Below are positions 19,791 through 29,276 of a stretch of DNA of 64,000 bases, piece after piece. Source of the stretch: Gemmatimonadales bacterium. GTDB lineage: Bacteria > Gemmatimonadota > Gemmatimonadetes > Gemmatimonadales > GWC2-71-9. Under the pieces are notes generated by a model, which made no database searches, had not been told where the DNA came from, and worked only from the letters and a program-made list of their open reading frames with translations. Position numbers and translations under genes: made by a program. The stretch's first letter is position 1. Every line of letters begins with the position of its first letter. The stretch is taken from contig OZ252244.1 in NCBI GenBank assembly GCA_965249575.1, positions 1,888,001 to 1,952,000 on the forward strand. Reading direction: 5' to 3'.

Positions 19791-21929
19791 ATAGCCCCGC
19801 GTTTCGGCGTACGGTATGCGCTCGACAAAGCGAGCGAGATCGCTTGTGTCGTACCGGCGGCGCCACCGCTCCACGGGTCTCATGCCGGCGTTATAGGCTG
19901 CGAGTGAGAGGACCAGCGAACCCCGATAGTGCCGGAGGAGCGTCGCGAGATGCCCGGCCCCGACGTGGATGTTGGCGTCCGGGACGACGAGGAAATTGTC
20001 GCTCCACTCGACGCCCATCCGGCGCGCCACCTCCCTCGCGGTAGGCGGCATGAGCTGCATCATGCCCCGGGCACCCGCGCGCGACCGTACCTCCGGCATG
20101 AAGCTCGACTCCTGCCGAATGAGCGCGGCTACTAGGTAAGGATCGAGCCCGAACTCCTGCGCTTCCGCCAGGACCACCTCGCGCCGGGGCCACGGATAAA
20201 TCGCCCTGAGCACCCTGGCATCATTGAGGCCGCGAACCGACGAGGCCCGCCACCCGAGTGTGATTCCCTGTGAGACGCGCCCACGTTGGGTCACGAGCTC
20301 CGCGACGTCGAGCATGCCGACCTTTGTCCGACTCACCTCAGCGACGAGCCCCCGCACGATCGAGTTGGCCTCAGCGGCCAGCCCAATTTCGTCCAGCAGG
20401 TCGACTTGAGCGAATGCGGCCGCCAGGTCGGCCGGCGTTTCAGGTCGTTCCGGAGGATCAAAGGCTGGTGCCGGCCAGCCCAGCTGATCCCGAGCGAGCA
20501 CGCCGTAGTACCCGACGGAATCGACCCTTGCCAAGGCCCCCCAACGGGCCGCCGCGCCGGCTTCATCGCCCGACGCGGCTGAGAGCCCGGCGAGAAGAAA
20601 CCGGGCCGCGAGTCGCCTCTCACCCCCCAACTCGATTTCGGCCTCGTAAAAAACTCGGGCGCCGGACGTGTCCCCCCTACTCAGCGCAAGCGACGCCTGA
20701 CGAAAGCGCGCCTGGCCAGCGTACTCGTGACGCGGCCACCGCGACGTTACGACCCGGTAGAGTGAATCCGCTTTCGGGCCCCGACCCAGGTCGTCGGCGA
20801 GATCGGCGAGGAGATAGGACGCGAACGGCGCGCGTGAATGTGACGAATGGTTATCGACGAACGTCTGAAGAGCTCGCGATGCCGCAATGGGACGCCGAAG
20901 CCGTATGAGCGTTCGTGCCCGGCTCAGTTCAGCCATCACCGCGTCCGAACCGACGCCTTCGGCGGCCCGCGCGTACGCGCTCAGGGCCGCAGTCTGGGAG
21001 CCGGCGCGCACCAGGTAATCCCCCCACCGACGTAACGTCCCCGACGACGAGTCGCCAGCCGCGATCGCCCGGGCAACGAGCTGCGCCGCGCGCCGTGCGG
21101 ACTTCCACCTCAGTGCGTGTGCGAGCGCCAGGTATTCGTCAACGGCTGCCGGCGGGAAGTTCTCGTCGGCCAGGCGCACGCCGACGTCGGCATGATCGGG
21201 GTCACCTAGCGCACGATAGGCGAGCTGCCGTGCTCCCGCACTATCGCCGACAGCCAACGCCAGTGCCGCCGCCCGCCCGTCAACCCCGGCCGCAGCGAGC
21301 ACCGCGACGGCGCGCGCCGTATCTCCGGAGGCGACCAAACGCTCAGCCTTGCTCTTAACCGCAAGTCCGGCCCCATAGCGGGGTGGCTCGGATAGCAGGG
21401 TAAAGGCCAAATCGGTATCGGCGGTTACTCGAGCCCGCCTCATCGCGAGCCATCCGTGAATGGCGGGGAGGTCTTGGGCGGCGAGCTCGAACAGGCGCGC
21501 GGCCTGCGCGCGGCCTCCAGCCTCACTCCACGACACCGCTGCTCGGGCGATGAGTATCCCCTTGCTACCACCCACGCTGTGCTCGCCTGCCTCCTGGAAG
21601 AGCAGGGCCGCCTGCTCATAGGCCCCAACCCCGAACGCCGCTGCCGCCCGGAGCTCGAGGGCGATCTCCGCGAACGACTGGTCGGCCACCCGGTGGCGAT
21701 CCAGCAGGGCCCGCGCGCGGCTGGGCCGCCCTAGCTCCAACTCGGCTCGCGCCGCAAGCAGAATGTCAGACGCGGCCGGGCGGCCGGACCGCAGAGCTGG
21801 GGCGACTCGGATAATCGAGTGAAACGGCCCGGCATCGACCTCGGACGGCCACGCGTCTTCCGGCGCTTGCGCTCCGGATAGAGCCGGCACAGTCAGGAGA
21901 AGAACCCAGAGCACTACGGATCGCACCAT
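19725..21929 (-). CDS. Soluble lytic transglycosylase (SLT domain) with TPR-like N-terminus
   Basis: ALIRQESSF, GARGMMQLMP, AAYNAG, IPYAETRGYV; signal peptide. Confidence 0.92.
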   Translation of the reverse strand: MVRSVVLWVLLLTVPALSGAQAPEDAWPSEVDAGPFHSIIRVAPALRSGRPAASDILLAARAELELGRPSRARALLDRHRVADQSFAEIALELRAAAAFGVGAYEQAALLFQEAGEHSVGGSKGILIARAAVSWSEAGGRAQAARLFELAAQDLPAIHGWLAMRRARVTADTDLAFTLLSEPPRYGAGLAVKSKAERLVASGDTARAVAVLAAAGVDGRAAALALAVGDSAGARQLAYRALGDPDHADVGVRLADENFPPAAVDEYLALAHALRWKSARRAAQLVARAIAAGDSSSGTLRRWGDYLVRAGSQTAALSAYARAAEGVGSDAVMAELSRARTLIRLRRPIAASRALQTFVDNHSSHSRAPFASYLLADLADDLGRGPKADSLYRVVTSRWPRHEYAGQARFRQASLALSRGDTSGARVFYEAEIELGGERRLAARFLLAGLSAASGDEAGAAARWGALARVDSVGYYGVLARDQLGWPAPAFDPPERPETPADLAAAFAQVDLLDEIGLAAEANSIVRGLVAEVSRTKVGMLDVAELVTQRGRVSQGITLGWRASSVRGLNDARVLRAIYPWPRREVVLAEAQEFGLDPYLVAALIRQESSFMPEVRSRAGARGMMQLMPPTAREVARRMGVEWSDNFLVVPDANIHVGAGHLATLLRHYRGSLVLSLAAYNAGMRPVERWRRRYDTSDLARFVERIPYAETRGYVRAVLRNRGLYRALYPSLTDW

Positions 21930-23291
21930 TTACCTCGACCGGCGGCGGTGAAGGACCCTCAGGTAATCCGAACGCCCTGAGGGGGTTAGGCGGAACTGGC
22001 CAAACCCCTCGTCAACGAACTCCAATATCAACCCGTCCATAAGATAGGTCCATCGAATGACCCGCAGCTCCCCCTGCAATCCTGCGCTGTGATCGACTAC
22101 CTCATCAGGACCGCCCAGGGTCACGAACACCTCGCCGCGATCCGTCAGCCACCCCGGACTACCGGACTCCCGGTACCGGTCGTTTGCCACCTCGAGCCTC
22201 CGGAAGTACTCGATCAGCCCCTCGTGCTCCGGGGTCGTAGGATTAGGGTCGGTCTCACCCCAAAAAACCCGCCAGAGCGCAGCCCTGTCGGCCGGGGGCG
22301 CCCTTTTCATTGCCTGAATGGTGCTTTCGTGCCCGAAGTGGCGGAGGAGAGACAATACGTCCTCGAAGTTGGTCACGACCCATTCGTCAGAGAATCCGAT
22401 CAGCAGCGGCGCTTCGACTGTGTCGCGCCGATCCAACGGCACGGCTCGGATTCGCAGCTCACCGATCGGCAACGCACCGGGCGAGATCGCTACGATCGCC
22501 GATGCTGGAGCGCCGTTGAGCTGCACCAAATCTCGCCAGACTCCGTTTCCGTTCCCCTCCAGCACTTCGAATGCAATCTCCGTTCCGCCGGGCAGGCGAT
22601 AACTCTCGAGGTAGAACCTCATGGTGTCAATGCCATACGGAACGGTGGCGCGCGGGTTGACGAGCAGATTGGGAAACGTCGACCGGCTGGATCGCGGCTC
22701 GCCCCAAAAAATTGGTATCAGTGATGAGAACGCGGTGGTAACGCCGAGTTGTGGCACTCCCAGCTCGGACTCGTCAGAGGAAGTCGCTGCGCTGTGACGG
22801 TCGCGCACACGCACCGTTGCCCGGAAGGATCCCGGGGACAGCAAGACAAACTGCTGGAACACCACGCTCTCGTCAGAGCGCTGAGTTTCCGAAAAACTTG
22901 CTACGCGCACGCGTTGGTCCGAAGAGAGGCTCTTTACGACCTGACGGCCGTGCCGAAAAGTGGCAGCGACGTTGTAGGCAGCTTCGAACACCCCCTCCGA
23001 CCGGCGGAACGACAGCGCGCTGTTCGAGAGCGAGACGCCGATTATGGCGATCGTCGAATCGGGGTGCGGGCCCGCAAGGAACCGTATCGTCGCGACGAAC
23101 GGGAGGGGCGGCCCGGGCGCCATGAACCCCATGTCTCGGTATGCGGCGTGCGGGTCCAGGATGCGGGAAACGACCTGAGTTGGATCAGGAGTGCGCTCCC
23201 CTCCGGTTCCCTGAACCGATCCGCAGGCGGCTAGGCCGAGCGTAAGTGCGCTGACGGCGACCTGCCCCCGCCTCGAAGGTGTGGCATGCAT
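21930..23291 (-). CDS. GWxTD domain-containing lipoprotein
   Basis: Lipobox LAAC; FW...DPNPTTPEHE..YFRR..AN...GWLTDRGEVFVTLGGPD. Confidence 0.88.
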   Translation of the reverse strand: MHATPSRRGQVAVSALTLGLAACGSVQGTGGERTPDPTQVVSRILDPHAAYRDMGFMAPGPPLPFVATIRFLAGPHPDSTIAIIGVSLSNSALSFRRSEGVFEAAYNVAATFRHGRQVVKSLSSDQRVRVASFSETQRSDESVVFQQFVLLSPGSFRATVRVRDRHSAATSSDESELGVPQLGVTTAFSSLIPIFWGEPRSSRSTFPNLLVNPRATVPYGIDTMRFYLESYRLPGGTEIAFEVLEGNGNGVWRDLVQLNGAPASAIVAISPGALPIGELRIRAVPLDRRDTVEAPLLIGFSDEWVVTNFEDVLSLLRHFGHESTIQAMKRAPPADRAALWRVFWGETDPNPTTPEHEGLIEYFRRLEVANDRYRESGSPGWLTDRGEVFVTLGGPDEVVDHSAGLQGELRVIRWTYLMDGLILEFVDEGFGQFRLTPSGRSDYLRVLHRRRSR

Positions 23292-23344
23292 CTCAGCGAA
23301 AGGTGATTGCCGGGTTGCCGGAGTTCAAGCTCGCGGCTTAGGTT

Positions 23345-24283
23345 ATGGCACCGAAAATGGCATCTGAGAATCTCGCCGGACGTAGTATTGCAGGTTACCG
23401 TCTCCTCGAGCGCGTCGGCGAGGGCGGCACCGCTATGGTCTACCGAGCGGAACACGCCGAGTACGGACGCTGCGCTGTTAAGACACTGAAGAATCGACTC
23501 AGTCAGGACCCTACCGCAGTCAAGAGGTTTCTCCGTGAGGCGGGCTACGGCACCCGCGTGCAGCACGACCACGTAGTCAAGACCTTTGATTTCGGTGACC
23601 AGGATGGCCTCTACTACCTGGCGCTCGAGTGGGCGGAGGGCGAGCCCCTCTCTCGCTTGGTCGAGCGGGAGGAGTCGGTCGATCCGTCTCTGGTGGCGCA
23701 CATTGTCGACCAGCTTGCCGACGCGCTGGCCGCGGCCCACGCCGCCGGGATCATTCATCGCGATCTAAAACCTGAGAACATCGTATTCGATTCGCAGACG
23801 CGCACCACGAAGCTGCTCGACTTCGGCATCGCCAGGGATGCGCAGTCCGACCCCGCGGATCGGCTCACGAGGGCGGGTTTCTTCGTTGGGAGCGTGCAGT
23901 ACGTTCCTCCCGAAGCCCTCTCCGGCGAGCTCGTCGACAAGAAGGCGGACATCTACTCACTCGCAACCATCACGTACTATCTGCTCACCGGGCGACACCC
24001 GTTTCCCGGCGCGAGTCCGAAGGAACTGTTTCGCCAGCTCCTGACGGGCTCGCCCGTCCCACTGAATCAGGCCTCCGCGTTCCACCGGTTTTCCGGGGAC
24101 CTCGAGCGCGCGGTCATGACCGGGTTGTCGAGGAATCCGGCGGACCGGCAATCGTCAGTTCGGCAATTTGCCGACGAGATCGCCGAGGCCGTAAAGGCCC
24201 TCGAGGAGCGGAAGAGCTCGGGAGGGGTGTTCGTTCGCGCCCTGAGAGGTCTCTTAAGGCTCAGCAAGACCCGCAGTTCGTAG
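23345..24283 (+). CDS. Hanks-type Ser/Thr protein kinase (cytoplasmic)
   Basis: GEGGTAMVY, AVK, HRDLKPEN, DFG, YVPPE. Confidence 0.92.
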   Translation: MAPKMASENLAGRSIAGYRLLERVGEGGTAMVYRAEHAEYGRCAVKTLKNRLSQDPTAVKRFLREAGYGTRVQHDHVVKTFDFGDQDGLYYLALEWAEGEPLSRLVEREESVDPSLVAHIVDQLADALAAAHAAGIIHRDLKPENIVFDSQTRTTKLLDFGIARDAQSDPADRLTRAGFFVGSVQYVPPEALSGELVDKKADIYSLATITYYLLTGRHPFPGASPKELFRQLLTGSPVPLNQASAFHRFSGDLERAVMTGLSRNPADRQSSVRQFADEIAEAVKALEERKSSGGVFVRALRGLLRLSKTRSS

Positions 24284-24308
24284 TTGACATTACAACTACA
24301 GCGTTGGA

Positions 24309-24884
24309 ATGGCTCCAGCCAGCGATAATCTGAGGTCACGGCTAATCGGGCTCCTCAAGGCCCGCTCGCTCAAGCGGGGCGAGTTCACCCTCGCCTCGGG
24401 GCGAACATCTTCGTACTACATCGACGCGCGGTTGACCACGATGTCGGCGGAGGGCCTCGAGGTGATCGGCCAGCTCGCGTTGAATCGGATCCGCGACGCG
24501 GGCTGGGCTCCGAAATCGGTCGGTGGACTGACGCTCGGGGCGGATCCGGTTGCCTACTCGATCGCGCTTGCCAGCCGCGGTTCGCCACCCAGGATCGATG
24601 CTTTCACGGTGCGCAAAGCCAAGAAGGAACACGGCGCCGGTCGGAGCATCGAGGGTTGTTTCGCGGCCCCGTCAGACGTGGTGATTGTGGAGGATGTGAT
24701 TACCACCGGTCAATCGGCCCTCAAGGCGATCGCGGCGGTCGAAGGGGCGGGCGGGTCCATGCTCGGCGTGCTCGCCGTTGTCGACCGGGTAGAGGGCGGT
24801 GTCGGCGTGATCGAGAGTGCTGGGTACCGCGTGGCCGTGCTCGTCGACGTAGCCGAGCTTGGCGTCGAGCTCGGGACCGACTGA
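24309..24884 (+). CDS. pyrE: Orotate phosphoribosyltransferase
   Basis: GEFTLASGRTSSYYID, VRKAKKEHG, VIVEDVITTGQS. Confidence 0.95.
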   Translation: MAPASDNLRSRLIGLLKARSLKRGEFTLASGRTSSYYIDARLTTMSAEGLEVIGQLALNRIRDAGWAPKSVGGLTLGADPVAYSIALASRGSPPRIDAFTVRKAKKEHGAGRSIEGCFAAPSDVVIVEDVITTGQSALKAIAAVEGAGGSMLGVLAVVDRVEGGVGVIESAGYRVAVLVDVAELGVELGTD

Positions 24885-24938
24885 GTCTCTGTTAGCCGAG
24901 CTTCTGCTGACCAGCCTGGTTCCCTCCCGGTACGCTTC

Positions 24939-25799
24939 TCACCATCGGTGTCCGAGATCCATCACCCCGTTGTCCAGTGGATGGAAGGTGCGAAACGTGG
25001 TCCGGAAGGGAACGATTAGGCGGGCAACATAGTCCGCAAGCGCGGAGTCAAACACGCAGCGTCGTCGAAACTCCCCCGCGGTCATCCCGGTGGTGGAGCG
25101 AAGGTGACGACCAAAGCTCTGCGGTGAAGAGTATTCTAAGCGGTACGCCACGTCGGCAATGGAGAGCCCCGAGATCTCGAACAGTGCCGCCGCGTGAACC
25201 AGCCGGGTGGCGGCGAGATACCGCTTGGGAGAAGGCACCCCTGACCGGAAGAACCGTGACATGAATGTGCTGGGCCGTACTCGCAATTGCGCTGCCAGAA
25301 CACGGACTGTCGGAACGCTCGGTGCTCTGCGTATCACGATCTCGAAGAACCTCCGGCAGTCGTCACTGGGCTCGCCAAGCGCCGGCACAACGGCCTCGAG
25401 AATACGGGCGGCGGTGGGGGAGACCGGATGCGTAACCAGCTCCCTGAGCGCCCGCCACCCCTCCCGCCCGGTGAGATCGAACATGCGCCGCACCCCGGAC
25501 GCGCCAAGCGCCAGGAGCTGTTGGCTTGACTTTGCATCATGGCGTGACACGACGGCGGCGGTCGTGACGGTCGGGAAGCCCTTGACAAGCGCAGCGACAC
25601 CAGCGAGCTCGTCGCGCACGATGCTGCGGGGGGATACGAACACCGCATGAACTGGCCGCTCTCGCACGGTCCTTATGGCGTCGCGAACGTTTTCGGCGTG
25701 GATGGCTGCAAAGCACCCATGGGCCGCGGCATCGAAGCGAGAACGCTCCGTTGGCTCGACGATGGTTGCGACGGTGGGTGAGGGGTGGCTCCACCCCAT
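24939..25799 (-). CDS. AraC family transcriptional regulator
   Basis: C-terminal SIADVAYRLEYSSPQSFGRHLR..TGMTAGEFR; receiver-like degenerate N-terminus. Confidence 0.85.
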   Translation of the reverse strand: MGWSHPSPTVATIVEPTERSRFDAAAHGCFAAIHAENVRDAIRTVRERPVHAVFVSPRSIVRDELAGVAALVKGFPTVTTAAVVSRHDAKSSQQLLALGASGVRRMFDLTGREGWRALRELVTHPVSPTAARILEAVVPALGEPSDDCRRFFEIVIRRAPSVPTVRVLAAQLRVRPSTFMSRFFRSGVPSPKRYLAATRLVHAAALFEISGLSIADVAYRLEYSSPQSFGRHLRSTTGMTAGEFRRRCVFDSALADYVARLIVPFRTTFRTFHPLDNGVMDLGHRW

Positions 25800-25908
25800 G
25801 GGCTCCTCCACGATTCCTGCTACGGGACCATGGCACTGGGTTCTCAACCGGAAGTCAACAATTGCCGCGTTTCCCGCAAAACGATCGAGTTGCTATGTTT
25901 GGTGTGGT

Positions 25909-26275
25909 CGGTGGCGGCGGAGTGGGATGGTCGCGGCTTGCTTTATTTGCAAGTCGAGGAAAGTCCGAGCTCCACAGGGCAGACTGCCAGGTAACGCCTG
26001 GGCGCCGAGAGGCGACGGACAGGGCAACAGAAAGCAGACCGCCCGCTTCGGCGGGTAAGGGTGAAATGGTGGGGTAAGAGCCCACCGCGCAGCTGGTAAC
26101 AGCTGTGGCACGGTAACCCCCAGTCGGAGCAAGGCCAAATAGGCGGCGAGGCCCGGCCCGGGCCGTTTGAGCCGTGGGTAGGCCGCTTGAGATAGCGGGT
26201 GACCGCTGTCCTAGAGAGATGACCTCCGCTCGTTTTGAGGGCGAACAGAACTCGGCTTACGGCTCCGCCTCACCG
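25909..26275 (+). ncRNA. rnpB: RNase P RNA (type A)
   Basis: GAGGAAAGTCCGAG ... ACAGAACTCGGCTTAC (P4 with covarying CCGAG/CTCGG), P1 GGCGGAGT/GCTCCGCC; extended -10-like TGCTATGTT at 25891. Confidence 0.96.
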
Positions 26276-27043
26276 CCCCCGCCGCCGGAACCCGCCCTCC
26301 CGCTCGAGGAGCGGGTGGTCCGCTTCGGTCCTGGTCAGGCGCGGTACCGAGCCGTGTCTCGCCTGCACGTGGAACAGGAGTTCAATGGCCAGGCGCAGGA
26401 GAGCAGCGTAAACCTGGTCTACTACGCGACGGCCCATGTCGAGCGGGAGGGCGAAGATCTGAAGGCGACCCTGGTGCTGGACTCAATCGAGGCGTCGGAC
26501 CCGACGACCTTATCGACTACCGAGCTGGCGGACGCCAGGGGCGCCACGTTCTCGGGCACCCTCTCCCCAGAGGGGGAGCTCACTGGCTTCGTTGGCGGAG
26601 ACTCGACGCAGTCTCGCATCGTGCAGCAACTGTCCGCCGGATTTCGCCAATTCTTTCCGCGGATTCCCGCCGGCGGCGCCACGCCTGGTCAAACGTGGAC
26701 GGACACCGCTGAGGTTCGGAGCGACTTTGGCGGGACGGACCTGACCGTCCGCTCCATCAACGATCACGGTGCGACGGGATGGATAGATTTTTCGGGACGG
26801 CTCGCGCTGCACATCCGCACGGAAACGAGCTACACACTCTCCGGCACGGGTTCCCAGGGACCGGAGGAGCTCACGCTGAATGGCCAGGGCGAGCGGACCA
26901 GCCACCAGTACATCTCTCCGGACGGCGTCTACCTCGGGGGCTTTGCTGCCGACACGTCTGACATCAGCGTGATCCTCTCGCAGTCGGGCGCGCTCATACC
27001 CGTTCGGCAGGCCCGTGTTGATACGCTCCAGGTCATCCAATGA
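26219..27043 (+). CDS. Hypothetical beta-rich protein, probably exported; N-terminus uncertain, frame overlaps rnpB 3' end
   Basis: Coding-like from the Pro-rich linker PPPPPEP onward; stop overlaps next start (ATGA). Confidence 0.65.
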   Translation: MTSARFEGEQNSAYGSASPPPPPEPALPLEERVVRFGPGQARYRAVSRLHVEQEFNGQAQESSVNLVYYATAHVEREGEDLKATLVLDSIEASDPTTLSTTELADARGATFSGTLSPEGELTGFVGGDSTQSRIVQQLSAGFRQFFPRIPAGGATPGQTWTDTAEVRSDFGGTDLTVRSINDHGATGWIDFSGRLALHIRTETSYTLSGTGSQGPEELTLNGQGERTSHQYISPDGVYLGGFAADTSDISVILSQSGALIPVRQARVDTLQVIQ

Positions 27044-27885
27044 GCCCCCGTGGCTCGGCTGTACTGACGCTGGTCCTGGCGTGCGGCCTTCCTAGCGTCG
27101 GGTCAGCACAAGCACAATTCCAGCCGGCGCGCTCGGAGGATTACTTGTTCGCGAGCTCCGTCAACGATGTGCGGGCCCTCTGGGTCAACCCAGCGGGGCT
27201 AGGCATCGTTCGTGAAGCATCGTTGATGGGTGAATTCTCGCTCGAACGCAGGACCACTGGCGACTGGCGGCTGGGACAGTACACGCTGGGTCTCAATTCC
27301 CGGGGCATCTCGCTCGGGTTCCGGCGCGATCGTTTGCCGACCTTCTCCAACAGCATCATACGGGTGGGGTTGGGTTTGGGGTTCCCGCGGGGGGCGTTTG
27401 GCGCCGCGGTCTCGATCCACCGGGGCACCACCAACGACCGCAGTCTCGATCTCGGGCTTCGGTTGATCCCGCTCCCACGCGTCGACCTGGGGGTCGTTCT
27501 CAAGAACATCGGCCGGCCCGTCATTCGCGGACAGAAGCGCTTCTTGTCTGGGGTTGCTTCGGGGAGCTTCACGGTGCTCCCGGGCCTGGCGCGGGTCATG
27601 GCTGAGGCTCACGCGCTGGAACGGGGCCAGGTGTCGGGCTACAACATGAGCTACCGTGCCGGAGCGCTCGTTGCCGCCGGGCGATCCCTGCCCGTGGGTG
27701 CGCTAGCGACGTTCGAGCTGGGGGACAATCTGAAGATCAATCGCTGGACCGTGGGAGTCGTGATCGGGGCCGAGCGGCGGGCACTGGCGGTCGGCTCGTT
27801 CACACCTTCCGGAGGGTCGGCCAGTTTCGATGACTTGAGCATCACAGGACTCGCGAGCCGCGTAGTCGCCGGGCCGCGACGCTAG
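27040..27885 (+). CDS. Secreted beta-strand-rich protein, possible outer-membrane barrel
   Basis: Signal peptide; LWVNPAGLG motif; alternating hydrophobic strands. Confidence 0.65.
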   Translation: MSPRGSAVLTLVLACGLPSVGSAQAQFQPARSEDYLFASSVNDVRALWVNPAGLGIVREASLMGEFSLERRTTGDWRLGQYTLGLNSRGISLGFRRDRLPTFSNSIIRVGLGLGFPRGAFGAAVSIHRGTTNDRSLDLGLRLIPLPRVDLGVVLKNIGRPVIRGQKRFLSGVASGSFTVLPGLARVMAEAHALERGQVSGYNMSYRAGALVAAGRSLPVGALATFELGDNLKINRWTVGVVIGAERRALAVGSFTPSGGSASFDDLSITGLASRVVAGPRR

Positions 27886-27935
27886 GGGGCCGCTGGTCGA
27901 TGCCCGTGGCCGGTTGTGGTGTGGTTGGGTCGGCT

Positions 27936-29045
27936 TCAGTCCACCAGCCTTAGCGGCATCACCAGACACATGTACGCGGCGGGATCGTCCCACCCGACTG
28001 GCTCGATGGTGGCGGCGCGTTCGGGCGCTTTGAACGTGAAGCGCACCTCGTCGGTCGGCATGAACTTGAGTATCTCGAGCAGATACGTGGCGTTGAAGCC
28101 GATCTCAAGCGACTCGCCGTCATAGGATATCGATATCTCGTCTTGCGCCTCACCCAGATCGGGCGTGCTCACCGAAAACCTGAGGACGCCGCCGCTGAAC
28201 CCTAGCTTGACGCGGTGGGTCTGGTCGCTTGCCACAACCCCCACGCGGCGCAGAGCTGATGCCAGAGCTCCCCGGTCGACGGTCGCCGACTTGTCGTTCT
28301 CCCGTGGGATGACCTGCTCGTAATTTGGGTAGGGGCCCTCAATGAGCCGGGTGAACACCCTCGTCTCGCCACTCTGAAAGCCAAGGTGGTTCTCGCTACG
28401 CGCGATATCGATCTCGTCGGCCGCCGTAAAAAGCCGACGTATTTGCTCAAGCGCCTTTGGGGGCACGATCAGGTCGGCCGCTGCGCTCCCACCCGATGCC
28501 TCAATGTCCATCTTGGCCAGCCGGTGCCCGTTAGTCGCAACCATTCGCATCCGGTCCTCACGTAGCTCCCACAGGACCCCATTGAGAATCGGCCGGCTCT
28601 CCTCAGTGGACGCGGCAAAGGCCACGTGATGAATAAGCTTTAGCAGGTCGGCCGACGTCACCTTCCATGCGCTCTTGAAATCGACTGCTGGGAAGCTCGG
28701 AAACTCGTCCCGCGCAATGCCCAGTAGCTTGAACTTCGAACGGCCGCATTCGAGGTGAACTCGCTGTTCCCCCGCACCCGTCACTCGGATCGCCGCGCTG
28801 GGAAGCTCTCGGACGATCTCCATGAGCTTCTTCGCGGGTAGTGTGACCGCACCTTCGGCATCGATTTCGGCAGGTACGACTGTACTCACGGAGATGTCGA
28901 GGTCGGTTCCCGACAGACGGAGTCCATCGCCCTCTGCCTCGACCAGCAGATTCGCGAGGACCGGTAAGGTCGTCTTCGTCGGAACGGTCGCGGCGACGGC
29001 ACTGAGACCTTCATGCAGCCGCTCCCGAGCGATAGTGAACTTCAT
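27936..29045 (-). CDS. dnaN: DNA polymerase III beta clamp
   Basis: TTLPVL, GTDLD, SRPILNGV, VATNGHRL, LIEGPYPNY, VMPLRL. Confidence 0.98.
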   Translation of the reverse strand: MKFTIARERLHEGLSAVAATVPTKTTLPVLANLLVEAEGDGLRLSGTDLDISVSTVVPAEIDAEGAVTLPAKKLMEIVRELPSAAIRVTGAGEQRVHLECGRSKFKLLGIARDEFPSFPAVDFKSAWKVTSADLLKLIHHVAFAASTEESRPILNGVLWELREDRMRMVATNGHRLAKMDIEASGGSAAADLIVPPKALEQIRRLFTAADEIDIARSENHLGFQSGETRVFTRLIEGPYPNYEQVIPRENDKSATVDRGALASALRRVGVVASDQTHRVKLGFSGGVLRFSVSTPDLGEAQDEISISYDGESLEIGFNATYLLEILKFMPTDEVRFTFKAPERAATIEPVGWDDPAAYMCLVMPLRLVD

Positions 29046-29276
29046 TCGTCTCTCCACCCTGCGTGGATACTAATACTACTTCTTCTCACATATATAACTC
29101 TAGTAGTAGTAGTAGAGCACCTTGAAAACTGGAAAAACACTCCAAGCTCTTGTCGTGTGTGATGCTCCGGCATTCCGACCGTGTGGGCACGTGGGGGTAG
29201 CTGTGGGGTCCTCGTGGACAAGGTCGAGGTTCACGCATCCTTCCACACTGCCCACACAGTGTATCCCCAGGGTTGT
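29046..29276. other. oriC: Replication origin oriC (dnaA-dnaN intergenic)
   Basis: (TAG)x5 DnaA-trio array 29101-29115, AT-rich CATATATAAC, tandem degenerate boxes 29121-29138, further degenerate DnaA boxes such as CGTGGACAA 29213-29221. Confidence 0.85.

Noticed and set aside
25537..26138. Short ORFs overlapping rnpB and the AraC start
   Set aside because: Shadow ORFs of the structured RNA with no protein motifs.
26361..26377. parS-like CACGTGGAACA near the origin
   Set aside because: Only one half-site matches TGTTTCACGTGAAACA, and it lies within a CDS.
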